Assembly (NCBI RefSeq): GCF_009914755.1
Contig: NC_060933.1
Source of the DNA: the human T2T-CHM13v2.0 reference genome, Homo sapiens
Reading direction: 5' to 3' (one strand)
Length of the DNA: 64,000 bases
Positions 10,201 to 24,800 of the stretch are shown one piece after another. A model generated the notes under the pieces. That model was not told the DNA's origin and did no database searches. It saw nothing but the letters and a program-made list of their open reading frames with translations. The position numbers and the translations under genes were made by a program. The stretch's first letter is position 1; the number at the start of each line of letters is the position of its first letter.

Positions 10201-13200
10201 CTTTCCATTCCATTCCATTCCTTTCCACTCGAGTTGATTCCATTCCATTCCAATCCATTGCATTCCATTCCATGCCATTCCACTCGGGTTGATTCCATTC
10301 CTTTGCATTCTATTAAATTCCATTCCATTCCATTCCATTCCATTCCGTTGCATTCCATTCCATTACATTCGGATTGATTCTATTCAACTCCCTTACTCTC
10401 CATTCCATTCCATTCCATTCGGGTTGTTCCATTCCATTCCATTCCATTCCACTCCATTCCATTGCACTCGGGTTGATTCCATTCCATTCCATTCCATTCC
10501 ATTCCATTCCGGATGATTCCATTCCATTGCATTCCGTTCCATTACATTCCCCTGCACTCGTGTTGATTCCATTCCATTCCATTCCTTTCCATTCAATTCC
10601 ATTCCATTACAATTCGTTCCATTCCATTCTATTCCGTACCATTCCATTCCATTCCATACCATTCCATTCCATTCCATTCCATTCCGTTCCATTCCGTTCC
10701 ATTCCGTTCCATTCCATTCCATTCCATTCTATTCGGGTTAATCCCATTCCATTCCATTCCATTCCATTCTATTCCATTCCATTGCAATCGAGTTGAATCC
10801 ATTGCATTTCATTCCATTCCATTCCATTCCATTCCGGAAGATTCCATTCCATTGCATTCCATTCCATGCCATTCCCCTGCACTCGCGTTGATTCCATTCC
10901 ATTCCATTCCATTCCATTCCATTCCATTCCGTTCCGTTCCGTTCCATTCCATTCCATTCCATTCCATTCCATTCCGTTCCGTTCCATTCCATTCCATTCC
11001 ATTCTATTCGGGTTAATTCCATTCCATTCCATTCGATTGCAATCGTGTTGATTCCATTCCGTTCCATTCCATTCCATTCCATTCCATTCCATTCCTTTCC
11101 ATTCCATTACGGATGATTCCATTCCATTGCATTCCATTCCATTCCATTCCCCTGTACTCGGGTTGATTCCATTCCATTGCATTCCAATCCATGCCCTTCC
11201 ACTCGTGTTGATTCCATTCTTTCCATTCCGTTCAAGTTGAATCCATTCCATTGCATTCCATTCCATTCGATTCCATTCGATTGCACTCGGGTTGATTCCA
11301 TTCCATTGCATTCCATTCCATTCCATTCCATTCCATTCCATTCCATTCCGTTCCATTCCATTCCATTACATTCGGATTGATTCTATTCAATTCCCTTACA
11401 CTCCATTACATTCCATTCCATTCGGGTAGTTTCCATTCCATTCCATTCCATTCCATTCCTCTCCACTCCATTGCACTCGGGTTGATTCCATTCCATTGCA
11501 TTCCATTCCATTCCATTCCATTCCATTCCGTTCCATTCCATTCCATTACATTCGGATTGACTCTATTTAACTCCCTTACTCTCCATTACATTCCATTCCA
11601 TTCGGCTTGTTCCATTCCATTCCATTCCATTCCACTCCATTCCATTGCACTCGGGTTTATTGCATTCCATTCCATTCCATTCCATTCCATTCCATTCCAT
11701 TCCGGAAGATTCCATTCCATTGCATTCCATTCCATTCCATTCCCCTGCACTCGCGTTGATTCCATTCCATTCCATTCCATTCCATTCCATTCCATTCCAT
11801 TCCATTCCATTCCTTTCCGTTCCATTCCATTCCATTCCATTCCATTCCATTCCGTTCCATTCCGTTCCGTTCCGTTCCGTTCCATTCCATTCCATTCCAT
11901 TCTATTCGGGTTAATTCCATTCCATTCCATTCGATTGCAATCGAGTTGATTCCATTCCATTCCATTCCATTCCATTCAATTCCATTCCATTCCATTCCAT
12001 TCCATTCCATTCCATTCCTTTCCATTCCATTACGGATGATTCCATTCCATTGCATTCCATTCCATTCCATTCCCCTGTACTCGGGTTGATTCCATTCCAT
12101 TCCATTCCAATCCATGCCATTCCACTCGTGTTGATTCCATTCTTTCCATTCCATTCAAGTTGAATCCATTCCATTGCATTCCATTCCATTCCATTCCCCT
12201 GCAGTCGGGTTGATTCCATTCCATTCCATTCCATTCCATTCCATTCCATTCCGTTCCGTTCCATTCCATTCCATTCCATTCTATTCGGGTTAATTCCATT
12301 CCATTCCATTCCATTCCATTCCATTCCATTCCATTCCAATCGAGTTGATTCCATTCCATTCCATTCCATTCCATTCCACTCCATTCCAGTCCTTTCCATT
12401 CCATTCCACTCGGGTTGATTCCAATGTATTCGTTTCCATTCCATTCCATTCCATTGCAATTGAGTTGATTCCATTGCTTTGCATTCCATTCCATTCCATT
12501 CCATTCCGGATGATTCCATTCCATTGCATTCTATTCCATTCCATTCCCCTGCACTCGGGTTGATTCCATTCCATTCCACTCCATTCCGTTCCATTCCATT
12601 CCATTCCATTGTATTCGGGTTAATTCCATTCCATTCCATTCCATTCCATTCCATTCCATTACAATCGAGTTGATTCCATTCCATTCCATTCCATTCCATT
12701 CCATTCCAGTCCTTTCCATTCCATTCCACTCGGGTTGATTCCATTCTATTAGTTTCCATTCCATTCCATTCCCTTCCATTCCACTCTGGTTGATTCCATT
12801 CCTTTCCATTCCATTCGAATACATTCTCTCCTATTCCACTCGGAACGATTCCATTCCATTCCATTCCATTCCATTCCATTCCATTCCATTCCATTTCGTT
12901 CCATTCCATTCTATTCCGTATCATTCCATTCCATTCCGTTCCATTCCATTCCATTCCATTCCACTCGTGTTGATTCCATTCCGTTCCGTTCCATTCGGTT
13001 TGAAGGCATTCCATTCCATTCCATTCCTTTCCATTCCATTCCATTCCTCTCCATTCCATTGCACTCGGGTTGATTCCATTCCATTGCATTCCATTCCATT
13101 CCATTCAATTACAATTCGTTCCATTCCATTATATTCCATACCATTCCATTCCATTCCATACCATTCCATTCCATTCCATTCCATTCCATTCCGTTCCATT

Positions 13201-13869
13201 CCGTTCGATTGCATTCCATTCCATTCTATTCGGGTTAATTCCATTCCATTCCATTCCATTCCATTCTATTCCATTCCATTGCAATCGAGTTGAATCCATT
13301 GCATTTCATTCCATTCCATTCCATTCCATTCCATTCCGGAATATTCCATTCCATTGCATTCCATTCCATTCCATTCCATTCCCCTGCACTCGCATTGATT
13401 CCATTCCATTCCATTCCATTCCATTCCATTCCATTCCGTTCCATTCCATTCCATTCCATTCCATTCCATTCCGTTCCGTTCCATTCCATTCCATTCCATT
13501 CCATTCTATTCGGGTTAATTCCATTCCATTCCATTCGATTGCAATCGAGTTGATTCCATTCCATTCCATTCCATTCCATTCCATTCCATTCCTTTCCATT
13601 CCATTACGGATGATTCCATTCCTTTGCATTCCATTCCATTCCATTCCCCTGTACACGGGTTGATTCCATTCCATTCCATTCCAATCCATGCCATTCCACT
13701 CGTGTTGATTCCATTCTTTCCATTCCATTCAAGTTGAATCCATTCCATTGCATTCCATTCCATTCGATTCCATTCGATTGCACTCGGGTTGATTCCATTC
13801 CATTGCATTCCATTCCATTCCATTCCATTCCATTCCATTCCATTCCGTTCCATTCCATTCCATTACTTT

Positions 13870-15800
13870 CGGATTGATTCTATTCAATTCCCTTACACTT
13901 CATTACATTCCATTCCATTCGGGTAGTTTCCACTCCATTCCATTCCATTCCTCTCCATTCCATTGCACTCGGGTTGATTCCATTCCATTGCATTCCATTC
14001 CATTCCATTCAATTCCATTCCGTTCCATTCCAGTCCATTACATTCGGATTGATTCTATTCAACTCCCTTACTCTCCATTACATTCCATTCCATTCGGGTT
14101 GTTCCATTCCATTCCATTCCATTCCACTCCATTCCATTGCACTCGGGTTGATTCCATTCCATTCCATTCCATTCCATTCCATTCCGGAAGATTCCATTCC
14201 ATTGCATTCCATTCCATTCCATTCCCCTGCACTCGCGTTGATTCCATTCCATTCCATTCTATTCCATTCCATTCCCTTCCTTTCCGTTCCTTTCCATTCC
14301 ATTCCATTCCATTCCATTCCGTTCCGTTCCATTCCATTCCATTCCATTCTATTCGGGTTAATTCCATTCCATTCCATTCGATTGCAATCGAGTTGATTCC
14401 ATTCCATTCCATTCCATTCCATTCTTTCCATTCCATTACGGATGATTCCATTCCATTGCATTCCATTCCATTCCATTCCCCTGTACTCGGGTTGATTCCA
14501 TTCCATTCCATTCCAATCCATGCCATTCCACTCGTGTTGATTCCATTCTTTCCATTCCATTCAAGTTGAATCCATTCCATTGCATTCCATTCCATTCGAT
14601 TCCATTCGATTGCACTCGGGTTGATTCCATTCCATTGCATTGCATTCCATTCCATTCCATTCCATTCCATTCCATTCCGTTCCATTCCATTCCATTACAT
14701 TCGGATTGATTCTATTCAATTCCCTTAGACTCCATTACATTCCATTCCAATCGGGTAGTTTCCATTCCATTCCATTCCATTCCTCTCTATTCCATTGAAC
14801 TTGGGTTGATTCCATTCCATTGCATTCCATTCCATTCCATTCAATTCCATTCCGTTCCATTCCATTCCATTACATTCGGATTGATTCTATTCAACTCCCT
14901 TACTCTCCATTACATTCCATTCCATTCGGGTTGTTCCATTCCATTCCATTCCATTCCACTCCATTCCATTGCACTCGGGTTTATTCCATTCCATTCCATT
15001 CCATTCCATTCCATTCCATTCCATTCCATTCCGGAAGATTCCATTCCATTGCATTCCATTCCATTCCATTCCCCTGCACTCGCATTGATTCCATTCCATT
15101 CCATTCCATTCCGTTCCGTTCCATTCCATTCCATTCCATTCCATTCCATTCCGTTCCGTTCCATTCCATTCCATTCCATTCTATTCGGGTTAATTCCATT
15201 CCATTCCATTCGATTGCAATCGAGTTGATTCCATTCCATTCCATTCCATTCCATTCCATTCCGTTCCGTTCCTTTCCATTCCATTACGGATGATTCCATT
15301 CCATTGCATTCCATTCCATTCCATTCCCCTGTACTCGGGTTGATTCCATTCCATTCCATTCCAATCCATGCCATTCCACTCGTGTTGATTCCATTCTTTC
15401 CTTTGCATTCAAGTTGAATCCATTCCATTGCATTCCATTCCATTCGATTCCATTCGATTGCACTCGGGTTGATTCCATTCCATTGCATTCCATTCCATTC
15501 CCTTCCATTCCATTACATTCGGATTGATTCTATTCAATTCCCTTACACTCCATTACATTCCATTCCATTCGGGTAGTTTCCATTCCATTCCATTCCATTC
15601 CTCTCCATTCCACTGCACTCGGGTTGATTCAATTCCATTGCATTCCATTCCATTCCATTCAATTCCATTCCGTTCCATTCCATTCCATTACATTCGGATT
15701 GATTCTATTCAACTCCCTTACTCTCCATTACATTCCATTCCATTCGGGTTGTTCCATTCCATTCCATTCCATTCCACTCCATTCCATTGCACTCGGGTTG
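13870..15800 (-). repeat. Tandem ~0.82-0.83 kb higher-order HSat3 units (about 2.3 copies)
   Basis: The landmark GGATTGATTCTATTCAATTCCCTTA recurs at ~13871, ~14703 and ~15521 with the same downstream motif order. Homologous ORF starts at 13974, 14806 and 15624 give spacings of 832 and 818 bp. Confidence 0.8.
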
Positions 15801-18800
15801 ATTCCATTCCATTCCATTCCATTCCATTCCATTCCATTCCATTACAATCGAGTTGATTCCATTCCATTCCATTCTATTCCAGTCCTTTCCATTCCATTCC
15901 ACTCGGGTTGATTCCATTCTATTAGTTTCCATTCCATTCCATTCCCTTCCATTCCACTCTTGTTGATTCCATTCCTTTCCATTCCACTCGAATACATTCC
16001 CTCCTATTCCACTCGGAACGATTCCATTCCATTCCATTCCATTCCATTCCATTCCATTCCATTGCATTCCATTCCATTCCATTCCATTCCATTTCGTTCC
16101 ATTCCATTCTATTCCGTATCATTCCATTCCATTCCATTCCATTCCATTCCATTCCATTCCATTCCATTCCATTGTACTCGGGTTGATTCCATTCCATTGC
16201 ATTCCATTCCATTCCATTCCATTCCATTCCATTCCATTCCATTCCATTCCGTTCCATTCCATTACATTCTGATTGATTCTTTTCAACTCCCTTACTCTCC
16301 ATTACATTCCATTCCATTCGGATTGTTCCATTCCATTCAATTCCATTCCACTCCATTCCATTGCACTCGGGTTGATTCAATTCCATTCCATTCCATTCCA
16401 TTCCGGATGATTCCATTCCATTGCATTCCGTTCCATTCCATTCCCCTGCACTCGGGTTGATTCCATTCCATTCCATTCTATTCCATTCGATTCCATTCCA
16501 TTCCCCTGCACTCGCGTTGATTCCATTCCATTCCATTCCATTCCATTCCATTCCATTCCTTTCCATTCCAGTCCTTTCCATTCCATTCCATTCCATTCAG
16601 GTTGATTCCATTCTATTAGTTTCCAATCCATTCCATTCCCTTCCATTCCACTCTGGTTGATTCCATTCCTTTCCATTCCACTCGAATACATTGCCTCCTA
16701 TTCCACTCGGAACGATTCCATTCCATTCCATTCCATTCCATTCCGTTCCATTCCGTTCCACTCGTGTTGATTCCATTCCTTTCCATTCCACTCGAATACA
16801 TTGCCTCCTATTCCACTCGGAACGATTCCATTCCATTCCATTCCATTCCATTCCATTCCATTCCATTCCTTTCCACTCCAGTCCTTTCCATTCCATTCCA
16901 TTCAGGTTGATTCCATTCTATTAGTTTCCAATCCATTCCATTCCCTTCCATTCCACTCTGGTTGATTCCATTCCTTTCCATTCCACTCGAATACATTGCC
17001 TCCTATTCCACTCGGAACGATTCCATTCCATTCCATTACATTACATTCCATTCCATTCCATTCCATTCCTTTCCATTTCATTGTACTCGGGTTGATTCCA
17101 TTCCATTGCATTCCATTCCATTCCATTCCATTCCGTTGCATTCCATTCCATTACATTCGGATTGATTCTATTCAACTCCCTTACTCTCCATTACATTCCA
17201 TTCCATTCGGGTTGTTCCATTCCATTCCATTCCATTCCATTCCACTCCATTCCATTGCACTCGGGTTGATTCCATTCCATTCCATTCCATTCCATTCCAT
17301 TCCGGATGATTCCATTCCATTGCATTCCGTTCCATTACATTCCCCTGCACTCGCGTTGATTCCATTCCATTCCATTCCATTCCATTCAATTCCATTCCAT
17401 TACAATTCGTTCCATTCCATTCTATTCCGTACCATTCCATTCCATTCCATACCATTCCATTCCATTCCATTCCATTCCATTCCATTCCATTCCGTTCCAT
17501 TCCATTCCATTCCATTCTATTCGGGTTAATTCCATTCCATTCCATTCCATTCCATTCCATTCCATTCCATTCTATTCCATTCCATTGCAATCGAGTTGAA
17601 TCCATTGCATTTCATTCCATTCCATTCCATTCCATTCCATTCCGGAAGATTCCATTCCATTGCATTCCATTCCATTCCATTCCCCTGCACTCGCGTTGAT
17701 TCCATTCCATTCCATTCCATTCCATTCCATTCCATTCCGTTCCGTTCTATTCCATTCCATTCCATTCCATTCCGTTCCGTTCCATTCCATTCCATTCCAT
17801 TCTATTCGGGTTAATTCCATTCCATTCCATTCGATTGCAATCGAGTTGATTCCATTCCATTCCATTCCATTCCATTCCATTCCATTCCATTCCATTCCAT
17901 TCCATTCCTTTCCATTCCATTACGGATGATTCCATTCCATTGCATTCCATTCCATTCCATTCCCCTGTACTCGGGTTGATTCCATTCCATTCCATTCCAA
18001 TCCATGCCATTCCACTCGTGTTGATTCCATTCTTTCCATTCCATTCAAGTTGAATCCATTCCATTGCATTCCATTCCATTCGATTGCATTCGATTGCACT
18101 CGGGTTGATTCCATTCCATTCCATTCCATTCCATTCCATTCCATTCCATTCCGTTCCATTCCATTTCATTACATTCAAATTGATTCTATTCAATTCCCTT
18201 ACACTCCATTATATTCCAATCCATTCTGGTTGTTTCCATTTCACTCCATTCCATTGCACTCGGGTTGATTGCATTCCATTCCATTCCATTGCATTCCATT
18301 CCATTCCATTCCGGATGATTCCATTCCATTCCATTCCTTTCCATTCCATTCCCCTGCACTCGGGTTGATTCCATTCCATTCCATTCCATTACATTCCGTT
18401 CCATTCCATTCCATTCCATTCGGATTGATTCTATTCAATTCCCTTACACTCCATTACATTCCATTCCATTCGGGTAGTTTCCATTCCATTCCATTCCATT
18501 CCTCTCCATTCCATTGCACTCGGGTTGATTCCATTCCATTGCATTCCATTCCATTCCATTCAATTCCATTCTGTTCCATTCCATTCCATTACATTCGGAT
18601 TGATTCTATTCAACTGCCTTACTCTCCATTACATTCCATTCCATTCGGGTTATTCCATTCCATTCCATTCCATTCCACTCCATTCCATTGCACTCGGGTT
18701 GATTCCATTCCATTCCATTCCATTCCATTGCATTCCATTCCATTCCATTCCATTACAATCGAGTTGATTCCATTCCATTCCATTCCATTGCATTCCTTTC

Positions 18801-21800
18801 CATTCCAGTCCTTTCCATTCCATTCCACTAAGGTTGATTCCATTCTATTAGTTTCCAATCCATTCCATTCCCTTCCATTCCACTCTGGTTGATTCCATTC
18901 CTTTCCATTCCACTCGAATACATTCCCTCCTATTCCACTCGGAACGATTCCATTCCATTCCATTCCAATCCATTCCATTACATTCCATTCCATTCCGTTC
19001 CATTGTACTCGGGTTGATTCCATTCCATTGCATTCCATTCCATTCCATTCCATTCCATTCCATTCCATTCCATTCCATTCCATTCCATTCCGGAAGATTG
19101 CATTCCATTGCATTCCATTCCATTCCATTCCCCTGCACTCGCGTTGATTCCATTCCATTCCATTCTATTCCATTCCATTCCCTTCCTTTCCGTTCCATTC
19201 CATTCCATTCCATTCCGTTCCGCTCCATTCCATTCCATTCCATTCTATTCAGGTTAATTCCATTCCATTCCATTCGATTGCAATCGAGTTGATTCCATTC
19301 CATTCCATTCCATTCCATTCCATTCCATTCCTTTCCATTCCATTACGGATGATTCCATTCCATTGCATTCCATTCCATTCCATTCCCCTGTACTCGGGTT
19401 GATTCCATTCCATTCCATTCCAATCCATGCCATTCCACTCGTGTTGATTCCATTCTTTCCATTGCATTCAATTTGAATCCATTCCATTGCATTCCATTCC
19501 ATTCGATTCCATTCGATTGCACTCGGGTTGATTTCATTCCATTGCATTCCATTCCATTCCATTCCATTCCATTCCATTCCATTCCATTCCGTTCCATTCC
19601 ATTCCATTACATTCGGATTGATTCTATTCAATTCCCTTACACTCCATTACATTCCATTCCATTCGGGTAGTTTCCATTCCATTCCATTCCATTCCTCTCC
19701 ATTCCATTGCACTCGGGTTGATTCCATTCCATTGCATTCCATTCCATTCCATTCAATTCCATTCCGTTCCATTCCATTCCATTACATTCGGATTGATTCT
19801 ATTCAACTCCCTTACTCTCCATTACATTCCATTCCATTCGGGTTGTTCCATTCCATTCCATTCCATTCCACTCTATTCCATTGCACTCGGGTTGATTCCA
19901 TTCCATTCCATTCCATTCCATTCCATTCCATTCCATTCCATTCCGGAAGATTCCATTCCATTGCATTCCATTCCATTCCATTCCCCTGCACTCGCGTTGA
20001 TTCCATTCCATTCCATTCTATTCCATTCCATTCCCTTCCTTTCCGTTCCACTCCATTCCATTCCATTCCATTCCATTCCATTCCATTCCATTCCATTCCG
20101 TTCCGTTCCATTCCATTCCATTCCATTCTATTCGGGTTAATTCCATTCCATTCCATTCGATTGCAATCGAGTTGATTCCATTCCATTCCATTCCATTCCA
20201 TTCTATTCCTTTCCATTCCATTACTGATGATTCCATTCCATTGCATTCCATTCCATTCCATTCCCCTATACTCGGGTTGATTCCATTCCATTCCATTCCA
20301 ATCCATGCCATTCCACTCGTGTTGATTCCATTCTTTCCATTCCATTCAAGTTGAATCCATTCCATTGCATTCCATTCCATTCGATTCCATTCGATTGCAC
20401 TCGGGTTGATTCCATTCCATTCCATTCCATTCCATTCCATTCCATTCCATTCCATTCCGTTCCATTCCATTTCATTACATTCAGATTTATTCTATTCAAT
20501 TCCCTTACACTCCATTATATTCCAATCCATTCTGGTTGTCTCCATTCCATTCCATTCCATTTCACTCCATTCCATTGCACTCGGGTTGATTCCATTCCAT
20601 TCCATTCCATTGCATTCCATTCAATTCCATTCCGGATGATTCCATTCCATTGCATTCCATTCCATTCCATTCCCTTGCACTCGGGTTGATTCCATTCCAT
20701 TCCATTACATTACATTCCGTTCCATTCCATTCCATTCCATTCGGATTGATTCTATTCAATTCCCTTACACTCCGTTACATTCCATTCCATTCGGGTAGTT
20801 TCCATTCCATTCCATTCCATTCCTCTCCATTCCATTGCACTCGGGTTGATTCCATTCCATTCCATTCCATTCCATTCCATTCCATTCCATTCCATTCCAT
20901 TACATTCCGTTTCTTTGTACTCGGGTTGATTCCATTCCATTGCATTCCATTCCATTCCATTCCATTCCATTCCATTCCATTCCGTTCCATTCCATTACAT
21001 TCGGATTGATTCTGTTCATCTCCCTTACTCTCCATTACATTACATTCCATTCGGGTTGTTCCATTCGATTCCATTCCATTCCACTCCATTCCATTGCGCT
21101 TGGGTTGATTCCATTCCATTCCATTCCCTTCCATTCCATTCCATTCCATTCCATTCCAATTCTTTCCATTCCATTCTATTCCGTACCATTCCATTCCATT
21201 CCATACAATTCCATTCCATTCCTTTCCACTCCGTTCCGTTCCGTTCCGTTCTGTTCCATTCCATTCCATTCCATTCCATTGTATTCGGTTTAATTCCATT
21301 CCATTCCATTCCATTCCATTCCATTCTATTCCATTCCATTGCAATCGAGTTGAATCCATTGCATCGCATTCCATTCCATTCCATTCCATTCCATTCCGGA
21401 AGATTCCATTCCATTGCATTCCATTCCATTCCAATCCATTCCATTCCATTCCATTCCATTCCATTCCATTCCATTGTACTCGGGTTGATTCCATTCCATT
21501 GCATTCCATTCCATTCCATTCCATTCCATTCCATTCCATTCCGTTCCATTCCATTCCATTACATTCGGATTGATTCTTTTCAACTCCCTTACTCTCCATT
21601 ACATTCCATTCCATTCGGGTTGTTCCATTCCATTCCATTCCATTCCACTCCATTCCATTGCACTCGGGTTGATTCCATTCCATTCCATTCCATTCCATTC
21701 CGGATGATTCCATTCCATTGCATTCCGTTCCATTACATTCCCCTGCACTCGGGTTGATTCCATTCCATTCCATTCTATTCCATTCGATTCCATTCCATTC

Positions 21801-24800
21801 CCCTGCACTCGCGTTGTTTCCATTCCATTCCATTCCATTCCATTCCATTCCATTCCATTCCATTCCTTTCCGTTCCATTCCATTCCATTCCATTCCATTC
21901 CGTTCCGTTCCATTCCATTCCATTCCATTCTTTTCGGGTTAATTCCATTCCATTCCATTCGATTGCAATCGAGTTGATTCCATTCCATTCCATTCCATTC
22001 CTTTCCTTTCCATTCCTTTCCATTCCTTTCCATTCCATTACTGATGATTCCATTCCATTGCTTTCCATTCCATTCCATTCCCCTGTACTCGGGTTGATTC
22101 CATTCCATTCCATTCCAATCCATGCCATTCCACTCGTGTTGATTCCATTCTTTCCTTTCCATTCAAGTTGAATCCATTCCATTGCATTCCATTCCATTCG
22201 ATTCCATTCGATTGCACTCGGGTTGATTCCATTCCATTGCATTCCATTCCACTCCATTCCATTCCATTCCATTCCATTCCGTTCCATTCCATTTCATTAC
22301 ATTCAGATTGATTCTATTCAATTCCCTTACACTCCATTATATTCCTATCCATTCTGGTTGTTTCCATTCCATTCCATTCCATTTCACTCCATTCCATTGC
22401 ACTCGGGTTGATTCCATTCCATTGCATTCCATTCCATTCCATTCCGGATGATTCCATTCCATTGCATTCCATTCCATTCCATTCCCCTGCACTCGGGTTG
22501 ATTCCATTCCATTCCATTCCATTACATTTCGTTCCATTCCATTCCATTCCATTCGGATTGATTCTATTCAATTCCCTTACACTCCATTACATTCCATTCC
22601 ATTCGGGTAGTTTCCATTCCATTCCATTCCATTCCTCTCCATTCCATTGCACTCGGGTTGATTCCATTCCATTCCATTCCATTCCATTCCAATACATTCC
22701 ATTCCATTCCATTCCGTTCCATTGTACTCGGGTTGATTCCATTCCGTTGCATTCCATTCCATTCCATTCCATTCCATTCCATTCCATTCCATTCCGTTCC
22801 ATTCCATTACATTCGGATTGATTCTATTCAACTCCCTTACTCTCCATTACATTCCATTCCATTCGGGTTGTTCCATTCCATTCCATTCCATTCCACTCCA
22901 TTCCATTGCACTCGGGTTGATTCCTTTCCATTCCATTCCATTCCATTCCATTCCATTCCATTCCGGATGATTCCATTCCATTGCATTCCGTTCTATTACA
23001 TTCCCCTGCACTCGCGTTGATTCCATTCCATTCCATTCCATTCCATTCGATTCCATTCCATTCCAATTCTTTCCATTCCATTCTATTCCGTACCATACCA
23101 TTCCATTCCATACAATTCCATTCCATTCTTTTCCACTCCGTTCCGTTCCGTTCCGTTCCGTTCCATTCCATTCCATTCCATTCTATTCGGGTTAATTCCA
23201 TTCCATTCCATTCGATTGCAATCGAGTTGATTCCATTCCATTCCATTCCATTCCATTCCTTTCCATTCCATTACGGATGATTCCATTCCATTCCATTCCA
23301 TTCCATTCCCCTGTAATCGGGTTGATTCCATTCCATTCCATTCCAATCCATGCCATTCCACTCGTGTTGATTCCATTCTTTCCATTCCATTCAAGTTGAA
23401 TCCATTCCATTGCCTTCCATTCCATTCCATTCCCCTGCAGTCGGGTTGATTCCATTCCATTCCATTCCATTCCATTCCATTCCATTCCATTCCATTCCGT
23501 TCCGTTCCGTTTCATTCCATTCCATTCTATTCGGGTTAATTCCATTCCATTCCATTCCATTCCATTCCAATCGAGTTGATTCCATTCCATTCCATTCCAT
23601 TCCATTCCACTCCATTCCAGTCCTTTCCATTGCATTCCACTCTGGTTGATTGCAATGTATTCCTTTCCATTCCATTCCATTCCATTGCAATCGAGTTGAT
23701 TCCATTGCTTTGCATTCCATTCCATTTCATTCCATTCCGGATGATTCCATTCCATTGCATTCCATTCCATTCCATTCCCCTGCACTCGGGTTGATTCCAT
23801 TCCATTCCATTCCATTCCATTCCATTCCATTCCATTCCATTCCATTCCATTCCATTCCATTGTACTCGGGTTGATTCAATTCCATTGCATTCCATTCCAT
23901 TCCATTCCATTCCATTCCGTTGCATTCCATTCCATTACATTCGGATTGATTCTATTCAACTCCCTTACTCTAAATTACATTCCATTCCATTCTGGTTGTT
24001 CCATTCCATTCCATTCCATTCCACTCCATTCCATTGCACTCGGGTTGATTCCATTCCATTCCATTCCATTCCATTCCATTCCGGATGATTATATTCCATT
24101 GCATTCCTTTCCATTACATTCCCCTGCACTCGGGTTGATTCCATTCCATTCCATTCCATTCCATTCAATTCCATTCCATTAGAATTCGTTCCATTCCATT
24201 CTATTCCGTACCATTCCATTCCATTCCATACCATTCCATTCCATTCCATTCCACTCCATTCCGTTCCATTCCGTTCCATTGCATTCCATTCCATTCTATT
24301 CGGATTAATTCCATTCCATTCCATTCCATTCCATTCTATTCCATTCCATTGCAATCGAGTTGAATCCATTGCATTTCATTCCATTCCATTCCATTCCATT
24401 CCATTCCGGAAGATTCCATTCCATTGCATTCCATTCGATTCCATTCCCCTGCACTCGTGTTGATTCCATTCCATTCCATTCCATTCCATTCCGTTCCGTT
24501 CCATTCCATTCCATTCCATTCCATTCCATTCCGTTCCGTTCCGTTCCATTCCATTCCATTCTATTCGGGTTAATTCCATTCCATTCCATTCGATTGCAAT
24601 CGAGTTGATTCCATTCCATTCCATTCCATTCCATTCCATTCCATTCCATTCCTTTCCATTCCATTACGGATGATTCCATTCCATTGCATTCCATTCCATT
24701 CCATTCCCCTGTACTCGGGTTGATTCCATTCCATTCCATTCCAATCCATGTCATTCCACTCGTGTTGATTCCATTCTTTCCATTCCTTTCAAGTTGAATC

